This document shows positions 47,491 through 60,827 of a stretch of DNA of 64,000 nt, piece after piece; position 1 is the stretch's first letter, and each line of letters begins with the position of its first letter. A program made the translations under genes and the position numbers. Below the pieces are notes generated by a model that worked only from the letters and a program-made list of their open reading frames with translations, was not told the DNA's origin and searched no databases. Source of the stretch: Isurus oxyrinchus (taxonomy: Eukaryota). The stretch is from positions 35,712,001 through 35,776,000 of the forward strand of contig JANJGN010000026.1 in assembly GCA_026770705.1 (NCBI GenBank). Reading direction: 5' to 3'.

Positions 47491-49430
47491 CAATACCAAA
47501 TATAGAATAGCCTGTTCCCGAGTCAGTTCCTCGACATTCTAATCTAAAAAAAATCTTGTACACTCCAGGAATTCATCCACCACAGTAATATTGCTAATTT
47601 GGTTTGCCCAGTCTATATGCAGCTTAAAGTCACCCCTGAATACCGTAGCACCCTTGTTACATGCATCTCTAATTTCCCGTTTAATACTGACCCCCACCTG
47701 ATCACTGCTGTTTGGAAGCCTACAGACAACACCCACTAATGTTTTCTTCCCATTGTTGCTTCTTAGCTCCACCCAGACTGATTCTACATCTAGATTTTTT
47801 GAGCCAATTTCCTCTCTCACTATCACACCGAACTTGTGCTTAACTAACAATGCCACACCACCTCCTTTTCCATTTTTCCTGTCTGTCCTAAACATCGAGT
47901 ATGCTTGGACATTCGGTTCCCAGCCTTGGTCACCCTGCAGCCATGTCCCTGTAATCACAGTCATATTGTATCTGTTTACATCTACTTGCACTGTAAATCC
48001 ATCTACCTTATTGCGAATGTTCTGTGCTTTAGACTTTTTAACATTTTTACACATTTTTTTGTACTGTGGCTCTATTTACCGCTAGCCCTTGTTTCCTCTG
48101 CCTTCCACTTTTGCTTTCTACTTTTCTGTCTCTCATTCCAATCTTTGTTTCCCTCTCTTGTGTCTCCCTGCTCAGTTTCCTAACCCCTGCCAGCCTAGTT
48201 TAAACCCTCTCCCACAGTACTAGCAAATATCCCAGTGAGGATATTGGTTGCAGTCCTACTGGGGTGCAACCCATCCACCTTGTACAGGTCCCACCTTCCC
48301 CAGAATCAGTCCCAATGTCTCAGCAATCTAAATCCCTCCCTCCTTCACCATCTCTCCAGCCATGAATTAATCTGGTATATCCTCCTATTCCTGATCTTTC
48401 CAGCACACGGCACTTGGAGTAATCCTGATTCCAGGGGAATCCTGGGGGTCTTACTTTTTCACTTAATTCCCAGCTCCCTATATTCTGCTTTCAGGATCTC
48501 ATCCCTCTTTTTCCCTACATCATTGGTACCTATATGGGCAGTGACCTCTTGCTGTTCACCCATCCCTCCAGAATGTCCTGCAGCCACACAGTGACATCCT
48601 TGATGCTGGCACCAGGGAGACAACATACCATCCTGGTGTCATGTCTGTGGCCGCAGAAATGTCTATCTGTTCCCCTTATGATTGAATCCCCTGTCAATAT
48701 TTCACTTGCACTCTCCCCACCTTGTGCAGCTGAGCCATTCGTGATGCCACAGACTTTTTAAAATTCATTCATGAGATGTGGGCGTCACTGGCTGGGTCAG
48801 CATTTATTGCCCATCCCTAATTGCCCTTGTTCAGAGGGCATTTAAGAGTCACCCACATTGCTGTGGGTCTGGAATCACATGTAGGCCAGACCAGGTAAGG
48901 ATGACAGATTTTCCTTCCCTAAAGGGACATTAGTGAACCAAATGGGTTTTCACAACAATCGATAATGGTTTCATGGTCTTTAGACTTTTTAAATTCTGGA
49001 TTGTTTATCAAATTCAAATTCCATGCTGGGATTCAAACCCAGGTTCCCAGAGCACTACCCTGGGTGTCTGGATTATTCGTCCAGCAACAATACCACTACG
49101 CTACTGTTTCCCCTTTGCTTTGACCCGGGGAACCCCTGCACTACCTGCCTAATGCTTTTACTCTGTTTGGTAGTCACCCAATCACTTTCTGCCTGCGTAC
49201 TCTTTACCTGCGGTATGACCACCTTGCTGTATGTGTTATCCACGAAGATTTCTTCTTTGCTTTTGCTCCACAGTGACTCCGACCACAGCTCCAGCTCTGA
49301 AACGTGGACTTTGAGTAGTTGCAGCTGGAGACATTTCCTGCATACTTGGTCACCTGGAGACTTGAAGTTTCCCTGACTTCCCACATCGCATAGGAGGAGC
49401 ATTCCACTTGGCCGAGCCACCTGCCATGAC
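47490..49430 (-). mobile_element. CR1 5' half (ORF1 with zinc finger/esterase region + endonuclease), SINE inserted at ~48760-49110
   Basis: MECSSYAMWEV, VCRKCLQLQLL..VSELEL, ITGTWLQGDQGW..KGGGVALLVK..GDF. Confidence 0.85.
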
Positions 49431-50349
49431 TTAACTGTATAAGCCAGTTAACTAATGGACTAGCTGCAGCTGCAAGCAGAGCCTGTATAATCTGGCTCTG
49501 GGCTAAAACTCACTTTCTCCCAACCCAAAGAGTAACTTTTAGCAACATTTGGAAGGACAAGGGCAGCAGACAGAGGGGAACACCTCCCTCCAACCCACTC
49601 ACCATCCTAACTTGGAAATATGTTGCCATTCCTTCACTGTTGCTGGATAAAAATCCTGGAATTTCTCCCCAACAGCACTGTGGGTGTACCTACGCCATGT
49701 GGACAACAGTGGTTCAAGAAGACAGTTCACCACCACCTTGTCAAGGGCAATAAGGGATGGGCAATAAATGCTGGCCTAGCCAGCGATTCCCACATCCCAT
49801 AAATGAATAAAAATGTTAAAGAATGGTTAGACTTTAGAGCGAAATTAATCCTTAAAAGTCCCTCTCTTACCAAATGCCAATTTAAGCATTCCATTGCAAC
49901 CCAAAGCAACACTCGAGTGAAGATAAAAGCATAACGATCAATGGATTCTTTTATGCTGCCTGAATCTAGCTTCTGAAAACCTGATTAAGCCAGTTAACTA
50001 ATTAACTAGCTGCAGCTGCAAGCAGAGCCTGTATAACCCCTGTTTTAAAGCTGGACTAAAACTCAACTTCTCCCAACCCAAAGAACAACATTTAGTTAGT
50101 TGCTAAATTAAAGAAATTATACTTTAGATAGAAATTAACCCTTAAAAGTCCCTCTCTCATTAAACTCCAGCTGAAGCACTCTGATGCACCCCAAAGCAGC
50201 CCTCCTGTGCAGACCAGTGAGGGTGATAATGGAACATTTTTATATCAAAGTGTTGTGATACCTGATCACCTATTGAGTGAGTGAGCCTATAACAGTGTTA
50301 TTCAAATAATCACAGCTACTGCAGGTGATCCTCTGGCTACAATTTGATA

Positions 50350-52000
50350 AGAAAGGAATCAGGAGCATGATGTCCCATCTTGCTGGGCACCAGTGGAGGG
50401 TCATTGGGGGAGGATGGTTTGGTTCATGGTGTCAATGTCTGCAGAGAGGCCGAGAAGGACAAGGAGGGAGAGTTCATCTTGGTGACATGGAATGTAAGTT
50501 GTGATCCTAAGAGCTCATTCAACACTGTGACAGGGCAACAATCATATTGGGGGATTTCAAAAATGGAATTCCTGGAAAGATAGGCATGGATTTGGGAAGT
50601 GACAAGGACTTTGGATGCAAAAGGGAGGTTGGAGATGGGGTGGGAGTTTGTAAATATGTTGTGGTCAAGGATTGGTTTTATTGAAGAGGGGGTGATGATG
50701 GCAGATTTGAAGGACAGAGGAACAGGATCTGGAGAGAGAGAACCATTAACAATGTCAGTGAAAATGGGGAAGTTGGAGGATCAGCAGATTAGTGAGAATA
50801 GGGTCAATGGAGCAGAAGGTTGTTCTCATGGACAAGATGAGCTCTGAGAGGGCATGAGGAGAGATGGCAGATAAACATAAGAAATATGTGAGTTCAGGGC
50901 TAGGAGAAGGAGCAGCTTGAGAGGCAGTTGAGCCCGGTGTGTTAGTGGAAGGGAGGAAAGCAGCAGAGGCAGTTGATAGGATTGTCTTAATCATAGTTAT
51001 AAAGAAACCCCATCAGCTCCTCACACTTGTTTTTTTCTAATTCAATCATTGGATGCGGGCATTGCAGTCGAGGCCAGCATTTATTGCTCATCTCTAATTT
51101 CCCTTGAGAAGGAGAGGGTGAACTGCCTTTTTAAAGCAGCCCTGTGGTGTAGGTACACCCACAGTGCTGTTTGGGAGGGAGTTCCAGGATTTCAACCCAG
51201 CGACAGTGAAGGAACGGTAATATATTTCCAAGTCAGGATGGTAAGTGGCTTGGAGGGGAACTTCCAGGAGACGATGTTCCCATCTATCTGCTTGCCTTGT
51301 CCTTCTAGATGGTAACGGTCGTGGGTTCAGATCCCAATGTGATGTTTGGTTTCCGCTTCCTGACTGCAACTCCTTTCCTTCCAATATCCTGTGAAATTGA
51401 TATAAAAGAGAAAAGGAGAGTGAGACAGAACCCAGAAGACACAAAGGTAGGTTGTGAAATTGAGCTGAATAAATCTGGTAATTTGTGGGGCCAGCACCAG
51501 GAAAAAGTGACCATGAAAACTGCTGGATTGTCGTAAAAACCCAACTGGTTCACTAAAGTCCTTCAGGGTGGGAATCTGGTCTGGGCCTAAACAAAACTCT
51601 GGTTCTATGGGTGGAGAGAGGGTGTGTGTGAGAGAAAGAGAGGTGGGAGAGGCAGGTGGTGAAGGAGAAAAATTTTATATCTATAATTCGACGTTGACAG
51701 AATCACCCAAACCCTCAGATTCCACCACCTGGACAGACCAGGGTATGTGAACACCAGCACCTCCAAGTTCCCACCCAAGTCACGCACCATCCTGACTTGT
51801 CTGACATCAAGTACGGGATGCGCAGAAATTTCCTCTGAAGCTGAACGAGATTGTTCACAACCACGGTGTCATAGATGACTCCCAGATGAGCTTCCAACCA
51901 CACATCCACATCACCACCAAGATACCTCAGTAATATGGTCTGACTCCACCGTAGTCTCAGTTTATCTCCTGCAGAAACCATTATCGATTCCTTTGTTAAT
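50350..52000 (-). pseudogene. Inverted copy of the ZNF gene unit lacking its zinc-finger array
   Basis: 51330-51560 is the reverse complement of 44440-44670 (acceptor + exon start); 50350-51030 is the reverse complement of 45905-46600 (L2 flank); only a SINE lies between. Confidence 0.8.
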
Positions 52001-52201
52001 GCAAGGCTAAACTATTCTAACACACGCCCAGTCGGCCTTCAACATTCAACATTAAACCAGCCCCCTCCACCCCCGTAATCTTGAGGTCATTCAAAGCTCT
52101 GTTGCTTGTGTTTACTTGCACTACCTTGTTCACCCACTGCCACTGTGCTCGCTGACCTACAAATGCTCCCAGTTAAGAAGCACCAACTTTTAAAATTCTC
52201 A

Positions 52202-52428
52202 AACAAAAACAAAAATAGCTGGAAAAACTCAGCTGGTCTGACAGCCTCTGCGGAGAGGAATACAGTTAACGTTTTGAGTTTGTATGACTCTTCATCACAA
52301 CAGAGGAGAAATAGAAATGAGGTGAAATATAACCTGGTTGAGGCGGGTGGGGCAGGTAGAGCTGGATAGAGGGCCAGTGATAGGTGGAGGCAAAGAAGAG
52401 ATTGCCAAAGATGTCATAGACAAAAGGA
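52202..52428. mobile_element. Penelope-like insertion in an L2 tail, 11-bp TSD
   Basis: TSD taaaattctca at 52191-52201 and 52429-52439. Confidence 0.7.
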
Positions 52429-52939
52429 TAAAATTCTCATCCTTGTTTTCTTCCATGGTTGTGATCATTCGTATCTCCACAATCTCCACCACCAGCACAC
52501 AGTCTCCAAGATCTCTGCACTCATCTAATTCCAGCCTCTTGAGAATTCCTGATTTTAATCGCCATCAGTGACTGTTCCTTCAATTGCCTAGGCCAAAAGC
52601 TCTGGAATTTCCTTCTTAAACTTCTCTGCCTCTCCACGTCATTTTCCTCCTTTAAGATATTCCTTAAAGCCTACCTCTTTGACAAAGCTTTTGGTCACCT
52701 GCCCTAATATCTCCTTATGTGGCTGTGGCAAATGTTACTTTGTAACATTTCTGTGAAATGCAGTGGAATGTTTTATACTGTTTAAGGCACAATATAAATA
52801 CAAATGATTGTCACTGACTTGGGACATATATCGTTGTTCTGCCTCATCAATAAGACATTGTAACTCAAAGTGTGAAGCAACTTGATGGACAATTGTTCAC
52901 ATTTTGTAATTGGAAAAATTTCAATAACATTGCCCCCTA

Positions 52940-53355
52940 CAAAGATGGATGCCATGCATGCGCCCTGCTGCAAATGGCCCCCAATAAAAATAGCGGCCGT
53001 TAATCCGGGTCTGGAACTGGGAGAAAGTGGCAGCCCTGCTCTGTGCCGTCACCGAAGGCGAATATGAGAAAGAAGCTTTTCCCCATCGCCATTAATCACA
53101 CTGTGCATGCTACACTCAGCCCAGCTTTGCCCCGCGTTCACTCCGATTGGCTGGAGGACCAGCCGCCTCGACGCCCCTACAGCCCCGCCCTCTCCTTTTC
53201 TATTGGTCCGGATCTGCCGTCAATCATGAAAATACCTGGAAAAACTCAGCAGGTATTTGTTTTTCCAGGTATTTTTATTTTTGTTTTTGTTTTGGATTTC
53301 CAGCATCCGCAGTTTTTTGCTTTTATCTGCCATCAATCAGCCGGGCATTGTGAGC
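52940..53355. promoter_or_regulatory. ZNF-type CpG promoter with divergent modules
   Basis: 52946-53010 resembles the reverse complement of 39410-39460 (NRF1/YY1 module); 53115-53226 resembles 38995-39105 forward (CCAAT module). Confidence 0.6.
53227..53324. mobile_element. Miniature Penelope-like insertion with short inverted repeat, 15-bp TSD
   Basis: TSD atctgccgtcaatca (53212-53226) / atctgccatcaatca (53325-53339); aaaatacctggaaaaac..gtttttccaggtatttt. Confidence 0.75.
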
Positions 53356-53364
53356 TGTCAGCTG

Positions 53365-56300
53365 AGAAACATAGGAAATAGAAAGAGTAGGGCATGAAGC
53401 TCTTCGAGCCTGCTCCACCACTCAATATGATCATGGCTGATCCTCTATCTCAAAGCCATACCCCCGCTCTCTCCCCATGCCCCTTGAAGTCTTTAGAGCC
53501 TAGAAGTCTGTCTGTTTCCTTCTTAAATATATTCAGTGACTTTGCCACCACAGCCCCTTGTGATAGAGAATTCCACAGGTTGACCACCCTTTGAGTGAAA
53601 AAGTTTCTCCTCATCTCAATTCTAAATGGCCTACCCCGTATCCGGAGATTGTGACCCCTTGTTCCAGCCCCCGCCCCCCTCCACCAGGCAGAGGAAACGT
53701 CATCCCTGCATCCAGTCTGTCCAGCCCTGTCAGAATTTTATATGATTCAATGAGATCCCCTCTCATTCTTCTGAACTCCAGTAAATACAGGCTTTGTTGG
53801 CCCAACCTGTCCTCATACGACAATCCTGCCCTCCCAGGAATCAGTCTGGTCAACATTTGCAGCACTCTCTCTCTGGCAAGTATATCCTTTGTTAGGTAAG
53901 GAGACAAAACTTCACACAATACTCCAGGTGTGATCTTACCAAGGCCCTGTATAGCTGCAGTAAGACATCCCTGTTCCTGTCTCAAGTCCTCTTGCAATGA
54001 AGGCCAGCATACCATTTGCCTTAACAACTCGCTGCACCTGCATGCTTGCTTTCAGTGATTGGTGTACAAGGACACCAAGATCCCTTTGTACATCAACATT
54101 TCCCAATGTATCACCATTTAAATAATACTCTGCCATTCTGTTTTTCCTACCAAATTGAATAACTTCACACTTATCCATGTTATACTGCATCTGCAATGTA
54201 TTTGCCCACTCAATTGACTTGTCTAAATCACCTTGAAGCCTCTTGACATCCTCCTCATCACTCATTTCCATCTAGTTTTGTGTGGTCAGCAAACTTGGAA
54301 ATATTACATTTGTTTCCCTCCTGCAAATCATTGATATATACGATGAATAGCTGGAGCCCAATCACTGATGCCTGCGGTACCCCACTAGTCACCACCTGCT
54401 ATTCCAAAAAAGACCCATTTATTCTTACTCTCTGTTTCCTGCCGCTAACCAGTTCTCAATCCATACCAATATATTATCCCCAGTCCCATGTGCTTTAATT
54501 TTGCACACTAACCTCTTAGGTGGGACTTTAACCTTTCTGAAAATCCAAATACATCACATCCACTGGTTCTCCCTTATCTATTCTGCTAGTCATGTCCTGA
54601 AAATACTCCAGGAGGTTTGTCAAACATGATTACCCTTTCATAAATCCATGCTGACTTTGTGTAATCCTGTTGATATTTTCTAAATATCCTGTTGTCACAG
54701 CCTTTATAATAGATTCTAGCATTTTCCCTACACAGATGTTAGGCTAACCGGTCTGTAATTCCATTTCCTCCCTCCTTCCTTTTTTTAAATCATTTGCCAC
54801 CTTCCAATCTGCCAGGACTATTCCAAAATCTACAGAATTTTGGAAGATGACAACCAACGCATCCACTATTTCCATGGCCACCTCCTTTAGTACCCTGGGA
54901 TATAGATTATCAGGCCCTGGGAATTTATCAGCTTTCAGTCCCATTAATTTCTCCAGCACTGTTTTTTTAAGTAAAACTAATTTCCTTCAATTCCTCCTTC
55001 TCATTAGACCTAGTATTTCTTGGAAGTTATCTGTGTCTTCCTCCATGAAGACAGAACTAATGTAGTTGTTTAATTGCACTGCCATTTTCTTGTTCTCTAT
55101 TATAAATTCTCCTATTTTGGACTGTAAGTGACCTACATTTGTCTTCACTAATCTTTTTCTTCTTACATGCTTGTAGAAGCTTTTACAGCCCTCGTTTATG
55201 TTCCTTGCAAGTTTATGTTTGTACTCTATTTTCCCCTCTTAATCAATCTCTTGGTCCTCCTTTGCTGAACTCCAAACTGCTCCCAATCCTCAGGCTTGCT
55301 ATTTTTTCAAGCAACTTTATATGACTCCACTTTGGATCTAATATTACACTTCATTTGTTTTGTTAGCCATGGTTGGGCTACTTTTCCTGTTGTGTTTTTG
55401 CACCAGAAAGGAATATATAACTGTCGCAATGCGTAAATTCATTCCTTATATATTAGCCATTGCCCATGCACCGTCATGTCTTTTAATGAAATTCCCCAAT
55501 TTATCTTAGCTAACTCATGCCTTTTACCTTTGAGTTCTCTTTGTTTAGATTTGGGACCTGAGTTTCGAATTGGACTACTTTATTTTCCAACATAAGGAAG
55601 AATTCTCTCAAGTTATGGTCACTGTTTCCTAAAGAACCCCACACCACAAGATTATTAGTTAACCCTTTCTCATTGCACAAAACCAAATCCAAGATAGCCT
55701 GTTCCCTAGTTGGTTCTTCGACATACTGGTCTAAAAAAATCTCATGCAGACTCCAAGAATTAATCCGCCACAATGTTATTGCTAATTTGGTTTGCCCAGT
55801 CTATATTAGATTAAAATCGCCCATGATTATTGTAGCACCTTTGTTGTTTGCATCTCTAATTTTCTTTTTAATACTGTCACCTGCCTGACCACTACTGTTT
55901 GGAGGCCAGTACACAACTCCCACTAATGTTTTCCACCCCTTGTTGCTTCTTAGCTCCACCCAAACTGATTCTACATCTAGATTTTCTCAGCCGATATCCT
56001 ATCTCACTATTGCACTGATTTCATCCTTAACTAACAATACCACTCCACTTTCTTTTCCTTTGTGCCTGCCCTTCCTAAACATTGAACACCCTTGGATATT
56101 CGGTTCCCAGCCTTTGTCACCCTGCAGCCATGCCTTTGTAATCACAATCATATCATAGCTGTTTACATCAATTTGCACTATTAATTCATCTACCTTATTG
56201 CGAATTCTCCATGCATTCAGGGACAGTGCTTTTAGACTTGTCTTTATTTGCATCTTCTTTTGTACTATTGCCCTATTTGCTGCTAGCCCTCGTTTATTAT

Positions 56301-56390
56301 GCCTTCCACTTTTGCTTTTTACTTTCCTGTCTTTCAAGTCTATCTTTGTTTCCCTCTTCTATGTTTCCCACTCAGGTTTCCATCCCCCTG
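53365..56390 (-). mobile_element. CR1-clade LINE, near-complete decayed ORF2
   Basis: LNAWRIRNKVDEL, EPTREQAILDLVL, PGPDNLYPRVLKE, LQGDLDK, LEFRRMRGDLIESYKIL; gaaacataggaaatag tail. Confidence 0.9.
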
Positions 56391-57589
56391 GAGTCTGTGG
56401 GCTGTGGTGCAGGTGCCAATGATTGTGATTTGGGAATCCCCTCTGGGGCTACTTTCTTGATGAGCCAGTCTGCCTGGTTATTACCATCACCCTCTTCAGT
56501 AACTCCTGCTGCTGACGTACCTTCACCTTACAAACAGCAATTTGTCCTGGACACTTACCAGCAACATCCCAAATCATTCAGAGTTAGTAGTGGTGACTGA
56601 GTGGTTTCCTTTCTGTTGTCGAGAAGCCATATGTTTTTTGCCAGGATGAAAGATTCTGCATGAAGGAATTACAACTAGAAGAGCTTTCAGAATAGTGGTG
56701 CTTCTCTCAGTAACAGTTTGAAGGGCTGTGATGATGCTTTCTAGGCTGAATATTGTGGTGGTTATTTAATAAGGAAATTACAGCTGTCATGAGGAATCAA
56801 AGACACAGAACAAGTCTGGGACAGACTTTGTTTATAAAACAAAGATCCATCCAGATGAACAGTGGAGTCCAACAATGATGTGGCTTTTACTGGTTCATTC
56901 TACATGGCCTATTTCACCTGACATGTATGTAACGTTCTTTCATACTGCAACATTCCAGCCAATTCTTAATTGTGAGGTTGCAGGATATTAATTCATCTAC
57001 TCTATTACATCAGCGATACTCCCTTAATTGACCCTGTATTAAAAATGTCACTGTGGTATGTGGGGTATGTAGAATTATTGAATTAAACTCTACCAGGTAA
57101 CTTAATGCTTAATTAACCAGTGGACTCTTCATATCTGCTTAGTACACTGGACAATCGATCTTTGCACAAGGGTGAGTATGTCTAAGAGCTGTCCAACTGG
57201 AAAATCTTCTCCATTCATCTCTTGCATTACGACAGCAGACTGACAGCAGACTGTTCTGACTTGACCAGCAGGGCTGTGAAATCAATTTTAAAATCTTGCA
57301 AAGAGTCAGCACAGGCATGATGGGCCAAATGGTTTCCATCTGTTCTGTATCATTCTATAAAGCAGTGAATATTCAGTATCTGGAGAGAAATGAGAAAGGA
57401 ACCATTAAGAAAAGCTTTATAAGTTCTGTGTAGTTCCAGAGCAACGGTTTGAAACACTTTGAGAAATAGAACATATCATGCACCCGTTCACAAGCATGTA
57501 TGTGATTTCTTAAGTTAACTACCCCAATTTTTAACAAAATTATTTTCCATTCCGTTTGGAGAATCGATGGCACTACCGTTACCCAACAT

Positions 57590-58285
57590 GCACGGCGGCT
57601 GCGAATGTGCCTTATTAAAGGTACAGAAGCTCAGTGCGCAGGTGCAATGCTGGAACACGTCTCGGGCATGCGCAGTGTCACTGATCAGAGCCCTGTGAGT
57701 GCAATGGATGTTTTTTTCTGCGGGTGAGAGCTGGTGTGAGGAACGGAGCCGGCAGTCCTGGGTGGGGTGGGTGGAGAGAGGGCAGATTTTATAAACAGCC
57801 GCTGTAGGCCACAAGCTCCGAGTTAGACCCTGCAGGTCCAGCGTTTGTACTTCCGGGACTTTTTCTCTGGAATAGGCCCAGATTAATTGAAAACAAAGAA
57901 AACTGCGGATGCTGGAAATCTAAAACAAAAACAGAATTACCTGGAAAAACTCAGTAGGTCTGGCAGCATCGGCGGAGAAGAAAATAGTTGACGTTTCGAG
58001 TCCTCATGACGAAGGGTCATGAGGACTCGAAACGTCAACTATTTTCTTCTCCGCCGATGCTGCCAGACCTACTGAGTTTTTCCAGGTAATTCTGTTTTTG
58101 TTTTAGAGGCCCAGATTAATGACCATCATCTTTGTTCAGCGCTGAGCAGAGCGCGTGCGCGGCAATCTTGGTGACGCAACAGGGTGTGGGCGGGGCTCCA
58201 GGTTCCCGGTGAGCAGCAGATTGACAGGTCTGGGTTAAAGGCTGCCATCTTTCCAGGAGCCAGCTTTAGGACGCATGCGCGGCCA
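57590..58285 (+). promoter_or_regulatory. CpG-rich promoter/5' exons, probably of ZNF gene 4
   Basis: Several NRF1-like GCATGCGC/GCGCGTGCGC motifs, GC box, YY1-like GCCATCTT near 58243; similar to 39100-39460. Confidence 0.6.
57888..58106. mobile_element. Penelope-like insertion forming a perfect 91-bp-arm palindrome, 14-bp TSD
   Basis: Arms 57920-58010 and 58016-58106, loop GAAGG; TSD aggcccagattaat at 57874-57887 and 58107-58120. Confidence 0.9.
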
Positions 58286-58287
58286 TT

Positions 58288-58730
58288 CGAAGAACGGAAG
58301 ATCTCAGAATTAGGACCCGGAATAGGCCATTCGGCCCAGCGAGCCTGCCCCGCTGATGAAATAAACTCATGGCTGATCTGATTGTTCCTCCTGCCCCCAT
58401 AATCCTTGAGTCCCTTGTAGACTGAGCCTCCATTGCGGAAGAGAATTCCACAGACGAATGACCTTCTGAGAGAAGAAATTTCTCCTCATCTCAATGTTAA
58501 ATGGGAGCCTTCTTAGTTTAAAACACTGCCCCTTAGTTCTAGATTCTCCCTATGAGGGGAAACACCTTTCAGCATCTATCTGTCTAGAGCCCTCAGAATC
58601 TTATATGTTTCAATAAAATCCTCTCCCATTCTTATAAACTCCAATGAGTACAACCTTGCTTCAAACGACAAACTCCCTCATCCCAAGAATCAGACTAGCG
58701 AACCTTTACTGAATTGCCTCCCGTGCAAAT
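58288..58730 (-). mobile_element. CR1 3' end fragment
   Basis: ggccattcggccc..gagcctgc 3'UTR stem and ORF2 C-terminal similarity. Confidence 0.7.
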
Positions 58731-60827
58731 AATAAGCCTTGAGTATTCCTGGGACTGGAAAAAGGAGGGAATGTTGTGAATTTCTATCCTGTATTGATGG
58801 ATTTTGGAAACTTTTTACAAGGGGTTAGAAGGGGAGGATTTACACACAGCAAGCTCAGTTCAAGAGAATAGTTTATATATTCTGAATTTCTAACTACTAC
58901 TGATACTTATAACTCTTGTAATCTCCTTTCACAGGGAGCTAAAGATTTGAAAACTGTGATATTTTTCCCTGACTCAGTGCTTCTAATATCTTTCCAACTG
59001 CAGGCTCCAGCAGATTTTAAATTTGAAAACAGTGAAATTGTTTCGGGGGTGAGTACTATTGAACATTCATCTACCTTTTAGTGCTGTGCTCTGGCTCCAT
59101 GGCTCTGGAGCTGGTGTGGCCCCTTTACTGTGGATCTGAATCCATGTCCATCTATTGCTCTGTTTCACCTCTGCCCTCCCTGATCACCTTTCTGCCATGG
59201 TCTAACTTCCTTTGCCTGTAATAATGGTTGTAATTTAACCATGTTTGGTATTTTACTGTTCTTTCTACAGTTACTGTCTGACCTGCTGAGTACTTTCAGC
59301 ATTTGGTCTTTTTATTTTAGTTTTCCAGCAGCTGCAGTATCTTGTTTTTGTTTTATTCCAAGTATTTCCCTCAGAACTGAGTCTAGAAATACAGATAGAC
59401 CAATTAAGAACTGATTGGTAATGGGCTGCATGTTGGTGCAAAGGTTGATCCCCGGAATAGGTCCTTTTTCACAGAATCATTGAATGGTTACAATACTGAC
59501 GGAGGCCATTTAGCCCATCATACCCGTGCTGGCTCTCTGCAAGAGCAGATCAGTTAGTCTCACTCCCATGCCCTTTCCTCATAGCCCAGTAGTTTTTTTT
59601 TCTCTCCAGGATATTATCCAATTCCCTTTGTTTTGTTGCATCAGTTTGAGCTGGAGTGGAGATGGAGGAGAAGCTGCTGGGTTTAACCTCAAGGACTTTG
59701 GAAGCGAGTTGGGACCAATGATTTTAGTTGTGAAACTGTCAAGGGAGGAAAATTTCCAGGGGAGATCTGGTTGCTAACCGGACATTTAAACAAGCATTTC
59801 TTTAGATGCTTCAATCTATTTTACATATACATATTTTAAAAGTTTGTGGAATTTGGGTGACACTAACAAGACCAGCAACAGATATTGGCAATCCCCAGTT
59901 ACCTGTGGAGAAGATGATGTTTGACCTTCTTGAACCGCTGCAGTCTGTATGGTGAAGGTGCTCCCACAATGCTTTTCGGTAAGGAGTTACAGGTTATTCA
60001 CTCAGTGGTGATGATGGAATGGAGATATATGTCCAAATCAATGACAATGATTTGCATTTATATTGTGTCTTTAACATAATAAAACTTTCCAAGACATTCA
60101 CTGAAATGTTACAAAGCAACATTAGACACCGAGTCACATAAGGTGATGAGAGAGCAGGCGACCAAAAGCTTAGTCAATGAGGTAAAGTGGAGAGATTTAA
60201 GGAGGAAATTCCAGAGCTTGGGCCTGGGCAACTGAAGCAACGGCCACCATTGCAGGTGTGATTAAAATGTGGAATGCTCATGATGCTGCAATTAGATGAG
60301 CGCAGATATCTCAAAGGGTTGTGTGACTGAAGGAGATTACAGAGATATGGATGGGTAAGTCTAGAGGTAACAAAGGAATGGAGGAGAGTTTCAGAAACAG
60401 ATGAGCTGAGACTAGGAACGAGCCGAGCAATGTTACTGAGGTGAAAATAGGCGGTCTTGATGATAGAGGTGGTCAGAAGCTCAGTTTGGGGTAAAAGATG
60501 ACAGCGATCTTGTGAACAGTCTGGTTCCGCTTCAGACAGTTTCTGGGGAGCGGGATGGAGTCAGTGGTTATGGAGTGGAATTTGCAGCAGGGACTGAAGA
60601 CAATGGCAATCATGTTCCCAGTATTTAGTTGAAGGAAATTTCTGTTCACCCAGGACTGGATGTTAGACAAGTCAGGATAGTGTCTGAGTTGAAGGAGAAC
60701 TTGCAGGCGATGGTGTTAACATACACCTTCTACCCTGGTCCTTCCAGGTGGTTGAGCTTGACGGTTTGGGAGGTTCTGTCACCTTTTGGCCAAACTAGAT
60801 TTATAAAAGGACTCTTTCATCCACTGC

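Noticed and set aside
49430-50100. ~100-bp direct repeat (49440-49540 vs 49987-50090)
   Set aside because: Lies at the 5' end of the minus-strand CR1 and is best explained as CR1 5' UTR repeats with a SINE piece between, not LTRs.
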